Source: an uncultured virus (IMG/VR IMGVR_UViG_3300031912_000006) | Taxonomy: Duplodnaviria; Heunggongvirae; Uroviricota; Caudoviricetes | Strand: one strand, 5' to 3' | IMG/VR virus record: IMGVR_UViG_3300031912_000006 | Length of the DNA: 64,000 bases | In this document: positions 57,618-64,000 of the stretch, piece by piece | Position numbering within the stretch: the first letter of the stretch is position 1 | Layout of the letters: every line of letters starts with the position of its first letter | Translations under genes and position numbers: made by a program | Notes under the pieces: model-generated | Databases searched by the model: none | What the model saw: only the letters and a program-made list of their open reading frames with translations | What the model was told of the DNA's origin: nothing

Positions 57618-57856
57618 GAGGGCACCACCGCGTAATACTTTGCAGGCCTACCGTTATCGCGCTGAACGTAGCCGTTGCCCATGCTCCCGCCTAGACGGAG
57701 ATACACCGTCATATAGTTTAGCTTGAGCTTACGAGCGATGTGGTCGACAGTGAGGCCACTTCCATTCTGATTCCTCATGAGGAATGCCCAGACCTCGTAA
57801 GCGCCAGGCGCGAGTGGCCCGCCCAGCACCTTCAATTCGGCAGCAGTAATTGCCAT
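57614..57856 (-). CDS. Winged-HTH protein
   Basis: LTVDHIARKLKLNYMTVYLRL...GRPAKY. Confidence 0.65.
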   Translation of the reverse strand: MAITAAELKVLGGPLAPGAYEVWAFLMRNQNGSGLTVDHIARKLKLNYMTVYLRLGGSMGNGYVQRDNGRPAKYYAVVPS

Positions 57857-57862
57857 TTCAGT

Positions 57863-57878
57863 TTCCCTTTCGGTTGTT
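57863..57878 (-). promoter_or_regulatory. Start-associated repeat AACAACCGAAAGGGAA, copy 1
   Basis: Identical 16-mer found at 4 gene starts. Confidence 0.8.
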
Positions 57879-58050
57879 CTTCTCTTACCAGGGTTGCCAT
57901 ACCCTGGAGGATGTCAGGCCAAGGCTGCTTAGCGTGGCCACGACTAGCCTGACATCCACCAGGGCACCCAGCCGTGCGAGTTGCGTATCTCGCCACGTTC
58001 CGGCTGGGGCCTGGCCCACCGCGTTTTAGTCCTGTGTGGGCTTCGGACGC

Positions 58051-58800
58051 TTAACCGAAATTGCCGGCGCTCTGGCCAACAGGGCTGCGGCGCTTGAGGT
58101 TGCGTCCTTCGCGCTTCGCCTCTTGCAACGCACCACGACCAACAGGCTGGCCATCGACAGGAGCAGAGCCGGAGTCGTCACCGTCGGCACCGGAAGATGC
58201 AGCTTCGGCATCCTTGGCTGCCTTCTCAGCCGCCTTGGCGGCCTTGTCGGCTTCGGCCTTGGCGGCCTTGTCTGCCTTCTCCTGCTCGCGCTTCTGGCGC
58301 TTCTCTTCACGCTCCTGCTCTGCCTTCTCGCGCTTCTCGTCGCGCTCTTTGGCTTTGCGGTCGCGCTCAGCTTCGGCGTCAGCGCGCTTCTGGTCCTGCT
58401 CAGCAATTTTCGCTTCGCGGTCCTGGCGCTTCTTCTCCTGCTCCGCTTCGCGGTCCTGACGCTTCTTGTCAGCTTCGGCCTGCTTGTCGGCGCGGGCCTG
58501 GTCTGCTTCGGCGCGCTTCTTGTCGGCGTCGATACGCGATTGCTCGCGTGCAGCCTTCTCGTTGGCATAACGCTGCTCGCGCAATGCCTTTCGCTCAGCT
58601 GAGCGGCCCTTGCTCCCTTGCCACTCGCCGTGCAACACGATTGCGGCCGCGACGTGATCGACAGGAATGGTCAAACCTCCAGCAGCGAGCCATCTTTGGA
58701 ATGACTCATGCGCCTCTGTCGGCTTGACCTCTTTGGTGACCTGCTTGCCGAGATTGTCCGTATAAGTTACGGTCGCTCCCGCCGTAGTAGCTTCGCTCAT
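58051..58800 (-). CDS. Highly charged coiled-coil protein
   Basis: E/K/R/A repeats; GAAAGGA SD. Confidence 0.75.
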   Translation of the reverse strand: MSEATTAGATVTYTDNLGKQVTKEVKPTEAHESFQRWLAAGGLTIPVDHVAAAIVLHGEWQGSKGRSAERKALREQRYANEKAAREQSRIDADKKRAEADQARADKQAEADKKRQDREAEQEKKRQDREAKIAEQDQKRADAEAERDRKAKERDEKREKAEQEREEKRQKREQEKADKAAKAEADKAAKAAEKAAKDAEAASSGADGDDSGSAPVDGQPVGRGALQEAKREGRNLKRRSPVGQSAGNFG

Positions 58801-58926
58801 TGGCATATCCTTTCGTATTGGCGAAGTCGATAACGGAGCCAACGCTACCCGTTTACCATGGTCGTGTCTATAGTTTAGCCAGGTTTCGACAGGTTTCTTA
58901 CCCACTTTCTGCCAAGAATTGCGGTG

Positions 58927-59220
58927 CTATTCGCGGTCTCCACGTACCCGTTTGACACGCCGCATTCGGTGTACCTTAGCCGGGGCGCCACCATCTAGCC
59001 GCATCGTACGGCGGCCAGAGTCGTGTAGCATCCGTCGTATCTCGTTGCGTCGCTCTTCAGCTTCTTCCTGATTGACAATTCGATCCATCAGTGCCGAAAG
59101 CTCTTGCGGCTCAACAACTTTCGTAAACAGATTTCGAGACAAAAAAGGCCGCGCCCAGAGGCCCAGCGCGAAGCTGAGCATGGACGCGGCCCCAATTGCC
59201 GCATAAGCGATTTCAGTCAC
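58927..59220 (-). CDS. Membrane-anchored hypothetical protein
   Basis: N-terminal TM segment. Confidence 0.6.
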   Translation of the reverse strand: MTEIAYAAIGAASMLSFALGLWARPFLSRNLFTKVVEPQELSALMDRIVNQEEAEERRNEIRRMLHDSGRRTMRLDGGAPAKVHRMRRVKRVRGDRE

Positions 59221-61163
59221 GGGTGAAGCAACTCCTTAGTGAAGCCCACGCCGCGCTGCCCATCTATGATTGACTTGATGCTAACCTCCTTGTCTAAGTT
59301 GGCCTTTGCGATGCCCTCTTCAATCGTTCCGCGAGAGAACACCTTCCAGATCACAACTTGGTGGATACGGGATAGCCGGTGGAGCCTATCTTCCACCTGC
59401 TCTTGATCGCTCGTGTTCCAGGTTTCATCCAGTAGCACAAGCTCGTCGGCAGCGTCCAGCGTAAGCGAGACACCGCCAGCGGTCGTAGTAAGAAGCAGTA
59501 CGCGGGTGTCACTCGTTAGATTCTCTTGCCAATCCGACTTGATGTCTTCGCGCTTCTTATCCGACGTATCACCAGTGAATACGTGAGCCTTGATTCCCTT
59601 CTCGCCCAGCCCTTTCGCAAAGGCATTGATCAGCTGCGAGAATTGGGAGGACACAACCACTTTGGGCACACCCACGCGCTCGTCGTAAGGTAGACCCGCC
59701 AACTCACCGTCGATACCGCGCTCATCCAGCATCTCCAGCAACCAGTCGAACTTGTTACTGGGTAACGTCGGGATGAACTGCTCACCGGCCATCATGCCGT
59801 AGCTACCGGCGAATTGCTTCAACCGGGTTAGCTCCGCCAAGATACCGTTCGTTACGAGCGTGCCGCCCTCCAGATCAGCTTCAGCCTTCTTGACCATAGA
59901 CTCGTAAGCAGCTGCCTGCTTCGGTTCCATGTCCAGCCAAACCGCAACCGGCCCACCAGGTATCAACGGCCAACCGCCGTATAGCTTGGCGGGCAAGTCA
60001 CTTGCCACTTCTTCTTTCGTGCGACGGATCATAACGTTGCGAGCCTCATCATACATCGCTTCGGCGTCGATCATCTTTCCGATTTGCTGCCCGTAGCCAT
60101 CGTGCCACGTGTTGAAGTGTCGCTTGATCCAGTTCCAGTAGCTCCGGTAGTTATCCGGCCGCAACCAGTTCAGCTGACCCCACAGGTAGTATTCCTTGCC
60201 ACGGAAAGGCGTGCCCGACAACGCAATTCGCAGACCATCCTTACGGACGTTCAACGCGCCCAGGCCAAGCCGTTGCGCGCTCTGCTTCTTCTTGTTGCCG
60301 GTGGCTCCCGCTAACGTCTGGTGTGACTCGTCCACCACGATGGCGGACCACTCGACACCAAACAGCTCAAGAACCGTTTCACGTACGGCGTGAATGACCT
60401 TCTCGCCGTTGACCTTCTCGTAATTACCGTACTCATCCACCTTCGCACGAATGCGAACGTAGTTGGGCGAAGTAATCAGCCAGCACCGCTTGCCGCCGTG
60501 TTCGACGGTAGCCAGCGCTGCCTTGACAGCTTCCACGCGACCACTCGGACTCAGCTTGGAGTCAAGAGTGATCACGTTATCCGTTGGCAACCAACGCTTT
60601 AGCTCCTGCGGCCAGGTTAACTGAACCGCTGCTTTCGGCGCTACGACGAGGATGGGGCCACTAATATCAGCCTCCACTATCGCCGCGATGGTCTGAATGG
60701 TCTTACCCAGGCCCGGTTGGTCAGCGATCAAGCACGAACGGTTCCGTGCCGCGAACGCCGCGCCTACCGTTTGGTATGGCCTTGGCGGGTAACCCAATTC
60801 AGGAATGCCTTCCGACATAATCTTCCAGATGTCCGGCGCGTGCTCTCGAACACGTGGCAGGTCAACAAGATCCATGGATTGTACATCCGGTATCGTGTCC
60901 TGGTGCGACTTCTCGTGAGTAGCCCACTCGACTAGCGCCGCTGTCATTTTCAGATCAGCGCCAAACTTGTTGGCTACCTTACGTGCTCCAGTACACGAGT
61001 CCCAGTGGATAGGAAACTGCCAGCGCGCCTTATCGCGGTTCCACCTAGCAGGGCCAGGCAGGTACGCTTTCAGAGCGGCATTCGCGTCAGGATCGTAACG
61101 GTCAGTCATGATCCAGATGCAGTCATCGTCTAGGCCGATAGCCCACAGTCGCTTCTTAGCCAT
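59217..61163 (-). CDS. SNF2-family helicase
   Basis: DQPGLGKT, DESH, SGTP, GGVSLTL, QVEDRLHR. Confidence 0.92.
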   Translation of the reverse strand: MAKKRLWAIGLDDDCIWIMTDRYDPDANAALKAYLPGPARWNRDKARWQFPIHWDSCTGARKVANKFGADLKMTAALVEWATHEKSHQDTIPDVQSMDLVDLPRVREHAPDIWKIMSEGIPELGYPPRPYQTVGAAFAARNRSCLIADQPGLGKTIQTIAAIVEADISGPILVVAPKAAVQLTWPQELKRWLPTDNVITLDSKLSPSGRVEAVKAALATVEHGGKRCWLITSPNYVRIRAKVDEYGNYEKVNGEKVIHAVRETVLELFGVEWSAIVVDESHQTLAGATGNKKKQSAQRLGLGALNVRKDGLRIALSGTPFRGKEYYLWGQLNWLRPDNYRSYWNWIKRHFNTWHDGYGQQIGKMIDAEAMYDEARNVMIRRTKEEVASDLPAKLYGGWPLIPGGPVAVWLDMEPKQAAAYESMVKKAEADLEGGTLVTNGILAELTRLKQFAGSYGMMAGEQFIPTLPSNKFDWLLEMLDERGIDGELAGLPYDERVGVPKVVVSSQFSQLINAFAKGLGEKGIKAHVFTGDTSDKKREDIKSDWQENLTSDTRVLLLTTTAGGVSLTLDAADELVLLDETWNTSDQEQVEDRLHRLSRIHQVVIWKVFSRGTIEEGIAKANLDKEVSIKSIIDGQRGVGFTKELLHP

Positions 61164-61762
61164 TAGCCAACGCTCACAATCGAATCCAGATACACGGCGT
61201 GGTAGCCGTAGTTATCGCAAAACGAAATTTGGCGCGGCGCACCATTGTTGACAACGCGGAACATCTTCCCGCCAACCAGCGCTGAGCTCAACGCTCCGCT
61301 AATCCGGTTGACCCAGACGATGCTCTTGTTGTTGAGTACTGCCTTGACCTCTTCATCGCTAGATTCGTGATCAAAAGGCAACGTACCCTGTACTGCTGCA
61401 ATGGTTTCCGCTGCTGCCTCGACTTTATCGGGCGTACGTTTCCGCACAGCCGTCTTAAGCCGCTCGGCGCTCGGCGGTTTAGCCGCGATGTTGGCGGCCG
61501 CAGATACGTTCTGGCACTTGATGCTATCGCCTGCCAGGGTGTAGACTGCTTCGATGAACTTACCAGTCTCCTCATTCCACGAGATGCTCATGGTTTCGTT
61601 GTCCCCACGGCTCGCTTGTAGATTGAGCATGCCGTCGGTAGTGGTCCAACCGCCCTTCCAGCCGTACGCTTTCGCGTAGTCGCCAAAGTGAGCGGCCTTG
61701 TCCATGGCTGTAGAGCCATGAGACCTGTATCCACTTGGGTTACGAATAACCCTCTCCATCAT
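61163..61762 (-). CDS. Hypothetical protein
   Basis: 199 aa downstream of a repeat RBS. Confidence 0.7.
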   Translation of the reverse strand: MMERVIRNPSGYRSHGSTAMDKAAHFGDYAKAYGWKGGWTTTDGMLNLQASRGDNETMSISWNEETGKFIEAVYTLAGDSIKCQNVSAAANIAAKPPSAERLKTAVRKRTPDKVEAAAETIAAVQGTLPFDHESSDEEVKAVLNNKSIVWVNRISGALSSALVGGKMFRVVNNGAPRQISFCDNYGYHAVYLDSIVSVG

Positions 61763-61765
61763 GAA

Positions 61766-61781
61766 TTCCCTTTCGGTTGTT
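61766..61781 (-). promoter_or_regulatory. Start-associated repeat, copy 2
   Basis: Exact 16-mer. Confidence 0.8.
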
Positions 61782-61880
61782 GTGTTTTCGGGTGCTAAGA
61801 CGACACCCTAGATAGCTACCGGGAGCCACCCGATAGCCACCTAGCACGGTCCTTAGCTTACTCTCTTAGCCCGGTTCGGG

Positions 61881-62069
61881 CTAGCCCGCTTCGACTTCCG
61901 AATCTGTCAAAAGCTGGCTCTCCCTTACCCATTGAGACCAGGAGTGGTTATTGTGCGGTGGAGCCGGGGCAAGCCGTACTTTGGCCCACCCCGGTATCCG
62001 CTTGACTATCTCGCACGGAGCGATATAGCCATCAGGATGTCTTGTGCCGCCTGGAAATTCGACGTACAT
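61881..62069 (-). CDS. Hypothetical protein
   Basis: 62 aa; TGATG coupling. Confidence 0.55.
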   Translation of the reverse strand: MYVEFPGGTRHPDGYIAPCEIVKRIPGWAKVRLAPAPPHNNHSWSQWVRESQLLTDSEVEAG

Positions 62070-62554
62070 CAGCAGTACACCACCTCACCAAACAGGCCCA
62101 GCTGAACCACGAGGTCTGCGACATCCGCGTCGGAGTCTCCATCTTCGCCGTTCGATAGCCATTGGGTAACGGCTTGCCGGAGATACTTCCGGCTGAACGG
62201 TGCGTCTGGGTCCTCTGACTTAGTAGCTTCAATCACCTTGTCTACGAACAGGTTCATGCCGCGTTCCATAACTTTCAGGTCAACGGTCAATTCGCCTGCG
62301 CCGCAGTCGAGTTTGATTGGGTCGCCGGCAATCCGCGGCTGGTATGCCTTATCGACGCCCCAGTTGCCATCGTCATCGTTAGCCGATAACACCGCAAAGA
62401 AGCCATTGATGTCGCCTGCTGGATCGCCACCGGCCTTGTCGTTGGCCCAGTGGTATTCCTCAGCGACAGACCAATATCCAATTCCGCCCTCCAGAGCGGT
62501 CGTGAACATGTACAGGAGAAACCGCTTGCGGTCGTCTGTCATCGTCGTGGTCAT
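62069..62554 (-). CDS. Hypothetical protein
   Basis: EGGIGYW...DAD.AD..VQ.GLFGEVVY pattern. Confidence 0.7.
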   Translation of the reverse strand: MTTTMTDDRKRFLLYMFTTALEGGIGYWSVAEEYHWANDKAGGDPAGDINGFFAVLSANDDDGNWGVDKAYQPRIAGDPIKLDCGAGELTVDLKVMERGMNLFVDKVIEATKSEDPDAPFSRKYLRQAVTQWLSNGEDGDSDADVADLVVQLGLFGEVVYC

Positions 62555-62727
62555 TTCACATCCATTTCGTGTAGTTCCGAAACACAGGCTGGGCAGCCCA
62601 TGTACACCTGGTCACCGCTGCTGTTATGCGTCGATTCCCAAAGTCGGTGTCTGCCTACGTAATCCGCTGTCGGCTCAGTTTCAACCAAGCCACCAGCCTC
62701 ATCACGCATGGCGTGTTTCATCCACAT
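62551..62727 (-). CDS. 58-aa protein (not in the ORF track)
   Basis: MWMKHAM...YVGRHR...CPAC...; follows a repeat RBS, ATGA overlap downstream. Confidence 0.55.
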   Translation of the reverse strand: MWMKHAMRDEAGGLVETEPTADYVGRHRLWESTHNSSGDQVYMGCPACVSELHEMDVK

Positions 62728-62730
62728 ATC

Positions 62731-62746
62731 TTCCCTTTCGGTTGTT
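62731..62746 (-). promoter_or_regulatory. Start-associated repeat, copy 3
   Basis: Exact 16-mer. Confidence 0.8.
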
Positions 62747-62808
62747 GGGTTGGGCGATTAGCCCGCAGGACGCAAGGACCAAAGCCCTTGCGCCCGCCGC
62801 GCTTTCGC

Positions 62809-63459
62809 TCAGTAGCCGGGTGAACGTCTGCCGCCGCACCACGATTGACCATAGCAAGGTGGGGTGTACCCACCTGGTCCCCAAGTACCCGGTACGCCAG
62901 GCGTAGTCGAGCAGTTTGGGTCTTGCAGCCAGCACGGAGTAGCACCGGCGCAAATCGCTCCCGGTGGCGGGTTATATTGCCCGTCACAGGAATACGGAGC
63001 GGTCTTGTAGCTCACGACTTGGCCCGGTATCGCGCCCGGTACGCCAGGCACCGTAGTAGCCGGACAGCCGGGTGGCTTCGGGTTCATGTGGTCGCAGAAG
63101 TACTGCTGGTACTGATCTGGTCCCCACGATGTAGTCGGTAGCGTTCCACCAGGCGGCACCATAGGTACGCCAGGAACTGTCTCCTGACAACCTATCGTGT
63201 AACCGCACGGCCCAGTCGGCGCAACGGTAGTCGTTGGCGCCGTTGTGGTTCCGCACCCTGGCCCTGCTGCATCGTTCCAGCAATTCCCGTTAGGACTTGG
63301 TGTATCTAGATTCGTTGTCGCCGTAACCGTTACCGTCTTTGTTGACGGTATCGGCTGTAACGGCGGCACGTTCGTGCTGGATTTATTGTTGGGCGAGAAC
63401 GCGATACAGACGGCCAAGAACGCCGCCATTATCCCGACTGCCAACAGCAATCGTTTCAT
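62809..63459 (-). CDS. Secreted or membrane-anchored Pro/Thr/Cys-rich protein
   Basis: Signal-like N-terminus; repeated small Cys pairs. Confidence 0.7.
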   Translation of the reverse strand: MKRLLLAVGIMAAFLAVCIAFSPNNKSSTNVPPLQPIPSTKTVTVTATTNLDTPSPNGNCWNDAAGPGCGTTTAPTTTVAPTGPCGYTIGCQETVPGVPMVPPGGTLPTTSWGPDQYQQYFCDHMNPKPPGCPATTVPGVPGAIPGQVVSYKTAPYSCDGQYNPPPGAICAGATPCWLQDPNCSTTPGVPGTWGPGGYTPPCYGQSWCGGRRSPGY

Positions 63460-63695
63460 TCGTCCACCTCATCCTCATCCTCATCAGCCGCTTGGAACAA
63501 TTCGCTGAATGAATACAGCTTGCCAAAGTTCGCACCGTGGCCATTGTTCGTCTGCTCAAGTACGACTTCGGCATCTTCGCCGTAGTCGCAAATCGCCATC
63601 TCGACAGCTTCTTTGAGCTCTTCAAGCGACATTCCATTGACTTGGTCAGGACCATACCCCAGGTTACCCTGGAACATCATCGTTACCTTCATCAT
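63456..63695 (-). CDS. Small acidic protein
   Basis: 79 aa after a repeat RBS. Confidence 0.65.
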   Translation of the reverse strand: MMKVTMMFQGNLGYGPDQVNGMSLEELKEAVEMAICDYGEDAEVVLEQTNNGHGANFGKLYSFSELFQAADEDEDEVDE

Positions 63696-63711
63696 TTCCC
63701 TTTCGGTTGTT
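63696..63711 (-). promoter_or_regulatory. Start-associated repeat, copy 4
   Basis: Exact 16-mer. Confidence 0.8.
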
Positions 63712-63782
63712 GGGTTTTGGGTGTTATACCCTGGATACCCTGCGACCGTAGCCGCAGGGCACCCAGCATATTCACTCGGAAG

Positions 63783-64000
63783 TTATTGAAGCTCACCAGC
63801 TTTCCGGTGGCGAACTTCGCCGTCAGCCCTGAGGTTGACTTTTTGAGCGGCAGCGTTACCGCGCTCCCACGCCGTTTCGTCGTAGTTGTCGCTTGCCTTG
63901 ATCCGGTAACGGCGTCGGGGCAGCTTCGCTCGGTAAGCTGCGTCCTCAGCCATCATCTTCCGTATCTCGTCGCCGAACAACCGCTCAAACTCCTCATCGA
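63783..64000 (-). CDS. C-terminus of a gene that starts beyond the window (DUF2786-like ending)
   Basis: AWERGNAAAQKVNL terminus. Confidence 0.5.
   Translation of the reverse strand, partial: DEEFERLFGDEIRKMMAEDAAYRAKLPRRRYRIKASDNYDETAWERGNAAAQKVNLRADGEVRHRKAGELQ

Noticed and set aside
57880..58030. Possible tRNA or intrinsic terminator
   Set aside because: No cloverleaf or T-loop consensus, and no U-tract on the transcribed strand; treated as leader hairpins instead.
58026..58727. Several overlapping ORFs on both strands
   Set aside because: By-products of the low-complexity E/K/R/A coding sequence.
1..64000. Genome-wide UGA reassignment or selenocysteine as the explanation for the dnaE stop
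   Set aside because: Many genes end in TGA with ATGA/TGATG coupling to the next gene, and no tRNA gene was seen. The extra GGU would also remain unexplained.
1..64000. Impression that CTAG is unusually frequent
   Set aside because: Cannot be supported without an observed/expected tetranucleotide count.

Overview
This window is most of a tailed (siphovirus-type) actinobacteriophage genome, probably infecting Mycobacterium or a close relative. The host call rests on the LysA N-terminus and the minor tail proteins. Essentially all credible genes are on the minus strand. Reading 64000->1, the order is: small early genes; an SNF2 helicase; a Cas4/RecB-like nuclease, AAA ATPase and SSB-like gene; an oxidoreductase and Nmad1-like gene; HNH; a split DnaE; ThyX; RuvC-like resolvase; primase-helicase; an iteron-rich intergenic region with a sigma-A-like promoter; small terminase; a cluster of small very basic proteins; head-tail joining genes; a 1076-aa kinase + ADP-ribosyltransferase fusion; large terminase; portal; JAB protein; MuF; scaffold; capsid; tail genes; a holin-like gene; and the start of lysin A. 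No integrase, tRNA, rRNA or CRISPR array was seen. The most striking observation is in the DnaE PHP gene: the conserved TEHG-N motif is interrupted in frame by GGU-UGA-GGU inside a stem-loop, directly downstream of an AT-rich HNH endonuclease. This looks like a miniature version of the T4 gene 60/MobA cassette (ribosomal bypass plus homing endonuclease). All calls come from motif recognition by eye, and no database searches were run.
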